Positions 10,480 to 20,402 are shown, counted from the first letter of the stretch. The stretch is DNA of 64,000 nucleotides from an uncultured Candidatus Kuenenia sp. (GCA_964545915.1 CAZJHQ010000001.1:47641-111640), one strand, 5' to 3'. A program made the numbers and translations. Notes: generated by a model from the letters alone, not told the origin.

Positions 10480-12753
10480 ATGCGAACCATTCCTGCCGTC
10501 GTGGCCGCCGCCCTGGTCGTGGCTTCTGCGGCGTCCCACGGCATCGCCGCCGATCCGCAGACCGCCGCGCCGAAGTCGGTCGAGGAGATCGCAAAGCAGT
10601 CCAAGAAGTCCGTGGTCACGATCCGGTTCCAGGGGCGGCGAGAGTCGGACGCGGGGCTGGGGACGGGTTTCGTCGTCGGCGACGGTCTCGTCGCCACCAA
10701 CCTGCACGTCATCGGCGAGGCCCGCCCGATCACGGTCGAGCTCGCCGACGGCACGGCTCACGAGGCCACCGCGGTGCATGCGACCGACCGCGACGGCGAC
10801 CTGGCGGTCGTGCGGATCGCCGCCAACGGGCTCGTCCCACTGCCGCTCGCCGAGGCGGGCCCGCTCGTCGATGGCCAGGAGGTGATCGCGGTCGGCAACC
10901 CGCACGGCCTGAAGCGCAGCGTCGTGGCCGGCCGCGTGTCCGCCCTGCGGGAGATGAACGGGATCGAGATGATCCAGCTCGCGCTCCCGGTCGAGCCGGG
11001 CAACAGCGGCGGACCGCTGCTCGACCGCGAAGGTCGCGTACAGGGCATCGTGTCGATGAAGTCGCTCGTCACGCCGAACCTCGGATTTGCGGTGTCGGTC
11101 GCCAGGCTCCGCGGGCTGCTCGACCGGCCCAATCCCGTGTCGATGGACCGCTGGCTCACGATCGGCGCGATCGACCCCGCGGAGTGGACGCCCATCGGCG
11201 GCGCGCGGTGGCGGCAGCGGGCCGGCCGGATCTCCGTGAGCGGGGCTGGAAACGGCTTCGGGGGCCGCTCGCTCTGCCTAGCCGTGGCCAAGCCGCCGGA
11301 GCCGCCCTATGAACTGGCCGTGTGGGTGAAGCTCGACGACGAGGCTGGGGCGGCCGGCCTCGCGTTCGCGGCCGATAGCGCCGACCGGCACTACGGCTTC
11401 TACCCGACCGCGGGCCGGCTGCGACTCACGCGGTTCGACGGCCCCGACGTGCTCTCCTGGAGGATCCTCGACGAGCAGCCCGCGCCCCAATACCGGCCCG
11501 GCGAATGGAACCACCTGCGGGTCCGGGTCGAGGCGGACAGGACCTCGTGCTTCGTGAACGACGCGCTGGTCTTCACGACGGCCACCCCGGCGGTCGCCGG
11601 AGGACGCGTGGGGCTCGCGAAGTTCCGCGACACGGAGGCGGAGTTTCGCGGGTTTGCGACCGGTCGGGACCTGCCGCGGGCCGCGCCGGCGGCGGACGTG
11701 ATGGCCCGCATCGAGGCCGCCACGGCGGCCCTTTTCCCGGACGACGGCCGGGCCGGTGACGAGTCGGTTCGGGAGCAGATCGTGCAGAAGCTCTTGCCCG
11801 ACGGCCCGCTCGCGCGGGCCGGCCTGCTGCGGGAGGCCGCTGATCTCCACCAGCGGGCGGAGCGGCTCGAGGCGCTTGCGGCAAGCGTGCACGAGCGGCG
11901 GACGCTCGACGAACTCGGCAGGCTCGTGGGGGCCGCCGACGCCGACATCGACCTCTTCCACGCGGCGCTTTTGATCGCGAAGCTCGACAATCCCGACCTC
12001 GACGTGGCCGCCTCGCGCCGGGAACTCGACCGGCTGGCCGCCGACGTGGCCCGGGCGGTGCCCGCGCAGGCCGACGAGGCGGTGAAGCTCGCGACGCTCA
12101 ACCGAGTGCTCTTCGACGAACTCGGATTCCACGGCAGTCGCGGCGACTACTACAACCGTTCCAACAGCTACGTCAACGAGGTCCTCGACGACCGCGAGGG
12201 CATCCCGATCACGCTCGCGATCCTTTATATGACCCTGGCCCGTCGGCTCGGGCTGACGGTCGAGGGGGTCGGGTTCCCCGGTCACTTCCTCGTGCGGTAC
12301 GAGCCCGCCGGAGGCGAGCCGCGTTGGCTGGACGTGTTCGAGCGGGCGACCGAGCGGACACGCGAGGATCTCGCGGCACGCCGCCGCGAAGAGGCCGGCA
12401 CGGAGATCACCGACGACGACCTGGCGGCGGCCGCCCCGCGGGCGATCCTCGCGCGGATGGTCAACAACCTGCTCGGCATCGCGGTCCGCGAGGGGGGCCA
12501 GGCCGACGTGCTCCGCTACCTCGACGCGATCCTCGTGATCAACCCCGACTCCGCCCGCGACCGGGCGATGCGGATGGTCACGGCCGCGCGTCTCGGCCGG
12601 CGCGAGGCCGCGGTCGCCGACGCCCGCTGGCTGCTTGAACGGATGCCGCCGGAGATCGACCTCGAGCAGGTCCGCGGGCTCCTCGACCGTCTGGAGAACG
12701 ACCGCCCCAAGACGATGCGGGCCAACACCGATCGGCCGGACGACCGGCGTTGA
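10480..12753 (+). CDS. Multidomain protein: S1C (HtrA/trypsin-like) serine protease + DUF1080/LamG-like domain + SirB1-type transglutaminase-like/TPR domain
   Basis: Signal peptide. His/Asp/Ser triad context (ATNLHV, DGDLAVV, GNSGGPL). The middle beta-sandwich-like region ends in AEFRGF. The C-terminus has PITLAILYMTLARRLGL...GFPGHFLVRY. Confidence 0.75.
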   Translation: MRTIPAVVAAALVVASAASHGIAADPQTAAPKSVEEIAKQSKKSVVTIRFQGRRESDAGLGTGFVVGDGLVATNLHVIGEARPITVELADGTAHEATAVHATDRDGDLAVVRIAANGLVPLPLAEAGPLVDGQEVIAVGNPHGLKRSVVAGRVSALREMNGIEMIQLALPVEPGNSGGPLLDREGRVQGIVSMKSLVTPNLGFAVSVARLRGLLDRPNPVSMDRWLTIGAIDPAEWTPIGGARWRQRAGRISVSGAGNGFGGRSLCLAVAKPPEPPYELAVWVKLDDEAGAAGLAFAADSADRHYGFYPTAGRLRLTRFDGPDVLSWRILDEQPAPQYRPGEWNHLRVRVEADRTSCFVNDALVFTTATPAVAGGRVGLAKFRDTEAEFRGFATGRDLPRAAPAADVMARIEAATAALFPDDGRAGDESVREQIVQKLLPDGPLARAGLLREAADLHQRAERLEALAASVHERRTLDELGRLVGAADADIDLFHAALLIAKLDNPDLDVAASRRELDRLAADVARAVPAQADEAVKLATLNRVLFDELGFHGSRGDYYNRSNSYVNEVLDDREGIPITLAILYMTLARRLGLTVEGVGFPGHFLVRYEPAGGEPRWLDVFERATERTREDLAARRREEAGTEITDDDLAAAAPRAILARMVNNLLGIAVREGGQADVLRYLDAILVINPDSARDRAMRMVTAARLGRREAAVADARWLLERMPPEIDLEQVRGLLDRLENDRPKTMRANTDRPDDRR

Positions 12754-13038
<285 letters not shown>

Positions 13039-13102
13039 AGCCAAACCAAGACAATCCGAGGCGGCCGGAAAAGCACCGGCGTTGATCCCCGAGGCACCCG
13101 CC

Positions 13103-13675
13103 ATGACCGCGACCAAACTCCCCCTCCTGCTGGCCGTGCTTCTCATGCAGGGGGTCACGGAAAAAGCCCTTGTGCCGCTGCTGGACTTTGCCGGCCCCGA
13201 GGCGGCTGCAAAGTGGCAGGCCGTGAACGATGGCGTTATGGGCGGAATCTCTGACGGCCGGTTCAAGATCACCACGGACGACACACTGGAGTTCTTCGGC
13301 ACGCTTTCGCTGGAAAACAACGGCGGCTTTGCGTCGGTGAGAACCAAGCCCTCTGAACTCGGCATCCAGGCCGGGGACACGCTCGTCGTCCGGGTGAAGG
13401 GCGACGGCCGGGAATACGTCCTGAACATCTACACGAAGAGCCGCCGGATGGCCTTCTCGTACCGGGCTCCCTTGCCGACCACGAAGGACGAATGGCGGGA
13501 AGTCGAGATCCGGCTGGCAGACTTCATCCCCACGGCGTTCGGCAGGCGGGTTCAAGGCATGGGGCCGGTGGATCCAAGCCAGATCAACGGGCTGGGCTTC
13601 ATGCTCAGCGACCAGAAGCCGGGCAAGTTCCAGATGCAGGTCGAGTGGGTGAAGGTGGTGCGCGAGCAGCCGTAG
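13103..13675 (+). CDS. CIA30 family protein
   Basis: Signal peptide, then WQAVNDGVMGGIS...LENNGGFASVR, characteristic of CIA30 (complex I intermediate-associated protein 30 fold). Confidence 0.85.
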   Translation: MTATKLPLLLAVLLMQGVTEKALVPLLDFAGPEAAAKWQAVNDGVMGGISDGRFKITTDDTLEFFGTLSLENNGGFASVRTKPSELGIQAGDTLVVRVKGDGREYVLNIYTKSRRMAFSYRAPLPTTKDEWREVEIRLADFIPTAFGRRVQGMGPVDPSQINGLGFMLSDQKPGKFQMQVEWVKVVREQP

Positions 13676-14030
13676 CCAAAGGTTCCCCATTGCTCAGCAG
13701 GGTCGAAGCACGATGAAGCAACCGCTCACAGCCCGAGTAGGTCCCAACGCTCCAGATACGTGTCGTCCTTGTCGGTGAAAACCCGTACAGAAGTTCTGCG
13801 AAAACCTGGTCAATTCGTACCTCTGAGCCTCCTGGAGCCCGCTGTTTCGATGGGTTCTCCCCGGCGGCGGCCGCCCGGGCTGGGCAGCCCCTTGGTGGAT
13901 CTCCAAGGGATGCGCTATGCTTTCGCCGCCATCGGAAACAGGCCGCAGGGCTTGCGCGTCTTGCCCATCCCCCCTGCTGGCGATGCTCACTTTTCATTCA
14001 AATTTCGATCCCGAAACCAGGAGCCGATCC

Positions 14031-15350
14031 ATGGCGTCGATGAAGACCTCCCGCGCCCGTAAGACCCGCCAGGCCTCCCGCTCGTCGCTGCGACTGGAGA
14101 GCCTGGAGCCGCGGCTGCCGCTGGCCGGCAACGTCACCGCCCAATTCTCGGGCGGCACGCTCCTGCTCACCGGTGACGCCCTGGGCAACGAAGTCGTGGT
14201 GGCCTCCGCTCCCGGCGGCACGATGGCCGTCCTCGGTGCGCCGGGCACCACGATCAACGGCTCCGCAAACCCGTTCGTGACGACCCGGGCCGTCACGAGC
14301 ATCGTCGCCAACCTCAACGGCGGCAATGACGCGATCGGGTTCGGCAACAATGCCCTCGCGTTGAGCAATGCGTTGTTTTTCACGAACGTACCGTTGTCGG
14401 TGAGTCCGGCTGACTTGCAGACGGCGATCAACCTCGTCGCCCCGGGCGTGACGACGTTCTCGCTGCCCGGTAGCCTGTCGGTGACCACGGGCGACGGCAA
14501 CGACGCCGTGGGGATCGTCGGCAATGTGGGCGGCTCGGTCGTGGCGAACCTCGGCTCGGCCATCACGGGCCCGAAGAACGGCAATGCGTTCGTGTTGGGC
14601 GATCCACTCGGCGGCGTCACGGGCCGCGTGGGCGGGGCCGTCTCGGTGGTGGGCGGGGCCCAAAACGACGATGTTGCGATAAACGCGACCAATGTCGGGG
14701 GCGGCGTGACGCTGGCCTTGGGGAACGGTGAAAATGACACGGACGTGAGGGGATATGGCACGACCATCGGGTCGTTCGCCTACACGGGCGGCACGGCGAA
14801 CGACTACGTCTACCTCAACAATCTCACCGTCCGGAACAGCGTCAGCGTGTTCACTGGCAATCAGGGCGAAGACGAAATCGGCCTGTACGCGCCCGTGACC
14901 GTCGGCGGCAGTGTGATCCTCAACACGGGCACCGGCGCCGACTTCGACTACCTGGATCTCGCTGGCGACATCCGGGGCGACCTGTCCGTGACCACGGGTG
15001 CCGGCAACGACGAGATCTACGTCAGTTCATCCAAGATCGGCCTCGGCCTGGCGATCAACTCCGGCGCGGGCAACGACCTGATCGAGTTCGGCAGCTCCAC
15101 CGTGGGCCTCAACACGGTGGTCAACGCCGGGGCCGGCAACGACAGGGTGTTCAGCGGCAACCTGACCACGCGGTACAACCTGTTCGTCTACCTGGGTGCG
15201 GGCAACGACGAGCTCACGCTCAACAACGCGAAGGCGTTCGCCGCGTTCCTCTACGGGGGCACTGGCACCAACTCGCTAACGACCAACGCCGCGACGCGGA
15301 CCGGCGTCCGCACGCTGCGGTCGTTCCAGTTCCAGAACACCACCAACTGA
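14031..15350 (+). CDS. Secreted repeat protein with planctomycete LEPR-type N-terminal motif and GAGND (RTX-like) beta-helix repeats
   Basis: LRLESLEPRLPLAG motif near the N-terminus. Repeated xGxGNDxh units (TGAGNDEIYV, SGAGNDLIEF, AGAGNDRVFS, LGAGNDELTL). Confidence 0.65.
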   Translation: MASMKTSRARKTRQASRSSLRLESLEPRLPLAGNVTAQFSGGTLLLTGDALGNEVVVASAPGGTMAVLGAPGTTINGSANPFVTTRAVTSIVANLNGGNDAIGFGNNALALSNALFFTNVPLSVSPADLQTAINLVAPGVTTFSLPGSLSVTTGDGNDAVGIVGNVGGSVVANLGSAITGPKNGNAFVLGDPLGGVTGRVGGAVSVVGGAQNDDVAINATNVGGGVTLALGNGENDTDVRGYGTTIGSFAYTGGTANDYVYLNNLTVRNSVSVFTGNQGEDEIGLYAPVTVGGSVILNTGTGADFDYLDLAGDIRGDLSVTTGAGNDEIYVSSSKIGLGLAINSGAGNDLIEFGSSTVGLNTVVNAGAGNDRVFSGNLTTRYNLFVYLGAGNDELTLNNAKAFAAFLYGGTGTNSLTTNAATRTGVRTLRSFQFQNTTN

Positions 15351-15398
15351 TCCGGCTCGTCGGCCGCCGTCGCGGCCCGACGGCAGTGCACTCTCTCC

Positions 15399-15440
15399 GG
15401 GCCCCCGCGGCGACGAATCGCGGGGGCCCGGCTCGTTTCC
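15399..15440 (+). terminator. Putative terminator hairpin after the repeat-protein gene
   Basis: GGGCCCCCGCG-9 nt-CGCGGGGGCCC, a perfect 11-bp stem 49 nt after the stop at 15350. Only a weak T-run follows (GGCTCGTTT). Confidence 0.45.
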
Positions 15441-15613
15441 GAGCGGGTCAAGGCCCGCGGGCGGCCGCGCCGGACAGACTGACGAGGCGACCGAACAACC
15501 CGCGCCACTCCCACGGAATCAGGAGAGATCAACACCACCCAGCGCCACTATTTTCGACCGCCCAGCGCCGCCGTTTTCAACCGGCGTTCACACCCCTCCG
15601 CCCCCAATCCGAT

Positions 15614-15675
15614 CCCATGCCATTGGAAGCCCATCGCAGGGTTTCATGCCCAAGCTGAGATGCCGGGGCAGCGGG
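15614..15675. repeat. 62-bp direct repeat, copy A (left of the HigBA-like cassette)
   Basis: 52 of 62 positions identical to 16426-16487 in my hand alignment. Shared blocks are CCCATGCCAT, TCGCAGGGT, TCATGCCCA and CGGGGCAGC. Confidence 0.7.
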
Positions 15676-15717
15676 ATGCGATTCTGCCGTTGACCCATGT
15701 ACCAAATGTGATACACT

Positions 15718-16095
15718 ATGTGCATGGTGTTAGGTGGCCATGGACGCGGATCGCGACGGCCGATTTTGGAGGTCGCGTTCTTTCGCACTGAGACCGGCAG
15801 TGAGCCAGTGCGGGATTGGCTGCGAGGCCTGGCCCGGGAAGACCGCAAAGCCGTCGGGGAAGATATCAAGACAGCTCAGTTCGGATGGCCGATGGGAATG
15901 CCGCTCATCCGCAAACTGGCGAGCGGTCTATGGGAAGTCCGGTCGCGGATCAGTTCTGGCATTACGAGAGTGATTTTTACAGTGGATGGGCAGACGATGG
16001 TTCTCCTGCACGGCTTTCAGAAGAAATCGCAACGTACACCCCCGGCCGACCTCATGACGGCGAAGCGAAGGCTAGCTCAACTACGATCGGAGTGA
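15718..16095 (+). CDS. Type II toxin, RelE/ParE superfamily (HigB/Gp49-like)
   Basis: VAFFRTETGSEPVRDWLRGL...GLWEVRSRISSGITRVIFTVDGQTMVLLHGFQKKSQRTP is the classic Gp49/HigB-like pattern. It is followed 4 nt later by an HTH antitoxin. Confidence 0.8.
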   Translation: MCMVLGGHGRGSRRPILEVAFFRTETGSEPVRDWLRGLAREDRKAVGEDIKTAQFGWPMGMPLIRKLASGLWEVRSRISSGITRVIFTVDGQTMVLLHGFQKKSQRTPPADLMTAKRRLAQLRSE

Positions 16096-16098
16096 CGC

Positions 16099-16380
16099 AT
16101 GAAAAAGAAGCACCTTGGTAGCAGTTTCGATAATTTCCTGCAGACAGAACGTCTCCTCGAAACGGCGACGGCCACGGCAACGAAGCGAATCATCGCGTAT
16201 CAGATCGCCAAGGAGATGAAGCGGCGGCGACTGACGAAAGTTGCCATGGCGACCCGTATGAAGACCAGCCGGGCAGCACTCGATCGGCTGCTCGATCCGG
16301 ACAACCCATCGGTGACGATCGGCACGCTCGAGAAGGCTGCGACAGCGCTCAACCGCCGACTAAAAGTAGAGTTGCGTTGA
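16099..16380 (+). CDS. XRE-family HTH antitoxin (HigA-like)
   Basis: 93 aa with helix-turn-helix segment LTKVAMATRMKTSRAALDRLL. Immediately downstream of the RelE-like toxin. Confidence 0.75.
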   Translation: MKKKHLGSSFDNFLQTERLLETATATATKRIIAYQIAKEMKRRRLTKVAMATRMKTSRAALDRLLDPDNPSVTIGTLEKAATALNRRLKVELR

Positions 16381-16425
16381 ATGTTGCCGGGGTTCAGACC
16401 CAAACCTCTCCGCGTTCAATGCGAC

Positions 16426-16487
16426 CCCATGCCATAGGGAGCCTATCGCAGGGTCTCATGCCCAGGCTCAGGCCCCGGGGCAGCAGG
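16426..16487. repeat. 62-bp direct repeat, copy B (right of the HigBA-like cassette)
   Basis: See copy A. The two copies bracket the 15718-16380 TA module. Confidence 0.7.
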
Positions 16488-16499
16488 CGAACTCGCTAC

Positions 16500-18450
16500 C
16501 CCGGCACCCGAACAGCGTCCTCCTCGGCGTGGTCCCGTACTCCTCGCCCCAGACGCTCATCTGTTCGCCGTCCGGGAGCGGCGCCAGATTCTTGAAGAGT
16601 TCGCTCCGCTTGAAGGCGAACCGCTCCGTCCCGCGGATAGTGTACGGCAGTTTACTCATGCCGTCCACCTGCCGGTCCGCCCATGGTCGCCGCGGTCACA
16701 GGGTTTCCCGCGCGAACCCGCCTCCGCCCGCACGGAGGCCCCGCGGCGTCACGGCGTTACGAGCGGCGTCGGCCCGAGAAGACGCCGCTCCACAGGGTCG
16801 TCTCCGAGAACCTCGAGCGCTGGCTCACCTGGCGAGAAGCGGCCGAGCGGCCCGTGCCGGGCCACGTCGAGGACGAACTCCGCGGCTATCTCGAGTGCGG
16901 ACTGCTCTGCTTCGGATTCGCCCGCGCGGTCTGCATGACGTGCCGCACGGGCTTCGTCGTGGCCTTCTCCTGCAAGGGCCGCGGTGTGTGTCCGTCCTGC
17001 AACGGCCGCCACATGGCACAGACCGCCGCACACCTCGCCGATCACGTCATCCCGCCGGTGCCCGTGCGACAGTGGGTGATCTCCGTGCCGAAGCGACTGC
17101 GGGGCATGCTGGCCGACCGACCCCGAGCCGTCGCTGCCCTCACGAAGATCTTTCTTGACGAGATCGAGCGGTCGCTGTGCGCTGCGGCAGGTGTGACGAG
17201 CGACGCCCCCGCATCCTGCTGCCCGAGGCTCGGCGGCATCTCCTTTCTGCACCGCTTCGGTTCGGCGCTCAACCACCACGTCCACCTGCATGCCTGCGTG
17301 ACCGACGGCGTCTTCGTGCCGGCTGCTGATCAAGCAGACTGCGACGCCCCGCCGACGTTCCTGCCGGCCCGGCCGATCACCCAGGCTGACCTGGCCGCGC
17401 TCACCGAGCGGGTCCGCCGCCGCGTGATCCGGTGGTTCCGCATGCAGCGGCTGCTCGACGCCGCGGCCGCTGCCGACATGCTCGCCTGGGAGAACAGCGG
17501 GTTTTCAATCGACGCGAGTGTCCGGATCACGCTCATCGACCGCGATGTGCCGAGCTTTTTTCAGAGCCTCGAACACTTGCTGAGATACTGTGCCCGCCCT
17601 CCTTTCGCGCTCGAACGATTGTCCGTGATCCGCGGCCCAGACGGCCGGATCGCCCGCATCCGCTACGTGCTGCCCAGACACAAAGCGGCCAACTGGGTCA
17701 GGCCGGGCCGCGGCCGGAAGTCCACGCGGCCGGGAGCCAATGGCGTCGTTGACCTCTCGCCTTTTGAGTTTTTGGACCGGCTCGCCGATCTCGTACCGCC
17801 GCCGCGCAAGCACCGGCACCGGTATCACGGAGTATTCGCGCCGAATCACAAGCTGAGGTCCGCCGTCACCGCGCTGGCGATCGGGAATGTCGGCAAGCGT
17901 CGCGAGGCTGTGACCGGTGGGCATGCGGCCGGCGGTCGCGCCACGGGGGGCTGTTGTGACGCGAATCCGAATCAAAAGCCCCGCTCCCACGACACGTCAC
18001 GGATTGCCTGGGCCAAGCTGATGGCGAGGGTCGGGGAGGAGTTTTCGCTTGCGTGCCCGAACTGCGGCGGCGACATCCGGCTGATCGCATTCATCACGGA
18101 GCCGGGGCCGATCCGGAAAATCCTCACGCATCTTGGCGAACCGCTTGAGCCACCACCGGTGTCACACGCTCGTGGACCGCCCACCGACTGGGGCGAGCTC
18201 GTGCAGATCCATGACGATCGCGACGTCTTTCAAGCGACGGATAGACGAACTGCCCGCGATCGATATTCACAGCCTCTGAGCGGTGCCGGACGCGACCCAC
18301 GACTGTCGGGAAACTGCGAACGGGGACGCGGTCTGCTAGAGACGCGAGAAAAACGCCACCGAAGCGGGTGCGGGGCGTTTCGAGAAACCCGCTCCGGACG
18401 CCCGGGCCGCTCCTCCCGAGGCTCACGAGTCGCTCATCGGCCGGAAGACC
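16500..18450 (+). mobile_element. IS91-like insertion sequence (approximate limits)
   Basis: Transposase gene with short flanks. The right end abuts the truncated HipA gene. Termini were not identified. Confidence 0.35.
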
Positions 18451-18575
18451 GTTGCGGTAGTGCCATTGACCGGGCTATCCTTAAGGGAGTGCCGGCCTTT
18501 TTTTGCCGGTCTGCTCCCCGAAGAGAACCAACGAGAAGCCGTCGCCCAGTCGCTCGGCGTATCCGTTGCGAATGA
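16683..18575 (+). CDS. IS91-family (rolling-circle, Y2) transposase
   Basis: N-terminal zinc-binding domain (CMTCRTGFVVAFSCKGRGVCPSCNGRH). Has HHVHLHACVTDGVF, RHRYHGVFAPN and a C-terminal CPNCGG zinc ribbon. The last ~100 aa of the ORF look like read-through tail. Confidence 0.85.
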   Translation: MVAAVTGFPARTRLRPHGGPAASRRYERRRPEKTPLHRVVSENLERWLTWREAAERPVPGHVEDELRGYLECGLLCFGFARAVCMTCRTGFVVAFSCKGRGVCPSCNGRHMAQTAAHLADHVIPPVPVRQWVISVPKRLRGMLADRPRAVAALTKIFLDEIERSLCAAAGVTSDAPASCCPRLGGISFLHRFGSALNHHVHLHACVTDGVFVPAADQADCDAPPTFLPARPITQADLAALTERVRRRVIRWFRMQRLLDAAAAADMLAWENSGFSIDASVRITLIDRDVPSFFQSLEHLLRYCARPPFALERLSVIRGPDGRIARIRYVLPRHKAANWVRPGRGRKSTRPGANGVVDLSPFEFLDRLADLVPPPRKHRHRYHGVFAPNHKLRSAVTALAIGNVGKRREAVTGGHAAGGRATGGCCDANPNQKPRSHDTSRIAWAKLMARVGEEFSLACPNCGGDIRLIAFITEPGPIRKILTHLGEPLEPPPVSHARGPPTDWGELVQIHDDRDVFQATDRRTARDRYSQPLSGAGRDPRLSGNCERGRGLLETREKRHRSGCGAFRETRSGRPGRSSRGSRVAHRPEDRCGSAIDRAILKGVPAFFCRSAPRREPTRSRRPVARRIRCE

Positions 18576-19578
18576 CTTCTCACTTCTCGATCGGCTAGGC
18601 GGCGAAGTCGCTGGGGCGGTAGAGCTGCTCCCGCCTGGCACGCCGTCGTCAGTTGTGCCCTCCCCGCGACTGCCAACGCGGCTTGATGATGTGGCTTTAC
18701 TCGAGGTGTTGGACGACCTCCCGCGTCGCCCCTTTCTCACTGGCCAAGAGGGATTGCGGCTCTCACTAGCCGGCGCGCAACCGAAGGTGCCTGTGGTTCT
18801 AGTGGACAACGCGGTTGCGCTGCCGGCACCTGGACAACCCACCACACACATCCTCAAGCCCTCCATCGAACGGTTCAATGGCACGACCGAGAACGAAGCA
18901 TTCGTCATGAGGCTTGCTCGCGCAGTGGACCTCAATGTCGCTAACGTCGAGCCGCGTACAGTCAGCGACAGAAAGTTTCTTCTGATCGAGCGTTATGACC
19001 GCTTCTTCGGTGCCGACGGCCACGTGTACAGACTGCACCAAGAGGATTTCTGCCAAGCACTTGGAAGGCCACCGGAGAAGAAGTACGCCTGCGACGGAGG
19101 CCCCACTTTCGTGGACTGCTTCGACCTTCTGCGTGGGTGCTCGAAAGCGCCAGCATTGGACGTTATCGCGCTTCTCGATGCTGCGATCTTCAACGTGATC
19201 GTTGGCAATGCCGACGCCCACGGGAAGAACTTTGCGATTCTCTACCGAAGCGGTTCTCCCAGGCTCGCACCGCTATATGACCTTCTCTGCACCGCCTACT
19301 ATCGGGACCTTTCGAAGTCCTTTGCGATGAAGATTGGTAAACGGGCAACCCTTGGTGAGCTCGATGCAAGAGGATGGGAGAAGTTCGCTGACGATGCCGG
19401 CATGACTTGGCCGTTTGTTCGGCAGAGGGTCCGGAGGATTGCTGAACTCGTTCAGACGAAGATCGAGTCCGTAGTGGCCGAGTTCGCGTCACTCAAGCTG
19501 GACCGCGCGGTTGTAGACGATCTTGCAGTCTTGATCAGGGAGCGGGCTGCGGCGTGCGGAACGACCCTGACCAAGTAG
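18460..19578 (+). CDS. hipA: HipA-family Ser/Thr kinase toxin, apparently 5'-truncated (about 40 N-terminal residues and HipB absent)
   Basis: Starts in the PLxLSL / FFxGLLPE region of HipA. Has [30 protein letters not shown] and [10 protein letters not shown] kinase motifs. Confidence 0.8.
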   Translation: MPLTGLSLRECRPFFAGLLPEENQREAVAQSLGVSVANDFSLLDRLGGEVAGAVELLPPGTPSSVVPSPRLPTRLDDVALLEVLDDLPRRPFLTGQEGLRLSLAGAQPKVPVVLVDNAVALPAPGQPTTHILKPSIERFNGTTENEAFVMRLARAVDLNVANVEPRTVSDRKFLLIERYDRFFGADGHVYRLHQEDFCQALGRPPEKKYACDGGPTFVDCFDLLRGCSKAPALDVIALLDAAIFNVIVGNADAHGKNFAILYRSGSPRLAPLYDLLCTAYYRDLSKSFAMKIGKRATLGELDARGWEKFADDAGMTWPFVRQRVRRIAELVQTKIESVVAEFASLKLDRAVVDDLAVLIRERAAACGTTLTK

Positions 19579-19710
19579 CCACTCCCTCTCCGCCCCCAAC
19601 GCCTCCGTCCTGCTGCCATAAGGCCCCAGCACTGGCCCGCCTGACGGCCCCATATCGGCCCACCAGAAGCCATCCCTATCTGGCTCCACGTGGCTCGCCC
19701 GGGTGATCAT
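19564..19710 (-). pseudogene. Fragment of the small ASHVEPD...WWAD...LGPF...EAL family gene (full copy at 37484-37738)
   Basis: [44 protein letters not shown] aligns with the C-terminal half of the 84-aa protein in the intact element. The N-terminal half is missing. Confidence 0.6.
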
Positions 19711-19751
19711 GCGGAACGTGTCAATGACTTTGAGATATCTGCGGAACGAAT

Positions 19752-20295
19752 TTACTGTCGCGCGGTAGCTCCAGTGTGCGGACTTGCGGCTTGTTTTCGG
19801 GTGGGTTGATCCAGGGCTCTGCCGCTGGTGTGAGGGGCCTTGGGAGGCCGTGGACGAACCGTTCCGGGTGCCGGGCGTGGGCGGTGGCCAGCACCGAGGC
19901 GCGCGATGCGATGGCTGCGTCGGCGTGGCCGGCGTGGACGACTGCGGGCGTCAGGAGCCCGATGCCCCAGTAGCGTGCTCGTCATTGTGCCAGTTGAAGA
20001 ACCGGCGGCAGAAGTCGAGGCCCTGATCGAAGGTGGCGAACCGGTCCGGGAAGTCGGGGCGGTACTTGAGGGTCTTGAACTGGCTCTCGGAGAAGGGGTT
20101 GTCGTCGCTGACGTGGGGTCTGCTGTGCGACTTGGTCACGCCGAGCGTGGCCAGCAGCTGGGCCGCGGCCTGGGATCGCATGGCTGGGCCGCGGTCGCTG
20201 TGGATCGTGAGCTGGTCTCGGAGGATGCCTTCCTTGCCGAGCGTCTCGCGGATCAGTCGTTCGGCAAGGTGCTGGGACTCCCGGTGGGCGAGCAT
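19752..20295 (-). pseudogene. IS3-family transposase (rve/DDE integrase core) fragment, truncated and frameshifted
   Basis: LTIHSDRGPAMRS...SRPHVSDDNPFSESQFKTLKY...FFNWHN is the IS3 orfB core. The N-terminus is absent and the 3' part continues in another frame. Confidence 0.75.
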
Positions 20296-20402
20296 CCATC
20301 CCGGTGGAACCCGCTCTCAAAGACGTGTTCGGCCTCATGTCCGCGGTCGCGGAGCCAACGGGCCAAGGAAGGAGGCAACTGGTTATCGACCAGAAACCTC
20401 AT
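20296..20402 (-). pseudogene. DUF5615 (PIN-like) toxin gene, only the first ~30 codons retained
   Basis: Minus-strand MRFLVDNQLPPSLARWLRDRGHEAEHVFE starts at 20402 in an ATGA overlap with the DUF433 stop. It is then replaced by IS3 sequence. Confidence 0.55.

Noticed and set aside
15614-16487. Interpretation of the 62-bp repeats around HigBA as integron attC sites.
   Set aside because: No integron integrase (IntI) is nearby. I could not find the R''/L''-L'/R' inverted core structure or a conserved GTTRRRY core. Kept only as an unexplained repeat.
16468-16668. 66-aa minus-strand ORF (MDGMSKLPYTIRGTERFAFKRSELFKNLAPLPDGEQMSVWGEEYG...) left of IS91.
   Set aside because: The first ~50 residues look protein-like, but the ORF runs into the 62-bp repeat and ends there. 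It is probably an N-terminal fragment of a gene destroyed by rearrangement. No family was recognised, so it is not reported as a feature.
18250-18575. C-terminal ~110 aa of the 630-aa IS91 transposase ORF, treated as a real domain.
   Set aside because: The sequence after the CPNCGG zinc ribbon and ...PPVSHARGPP is Arg/Ser/Gly-rich and low in complexity, and it overlaps the HipA start. It is likely read-through past the true end or a disrupted terminus.
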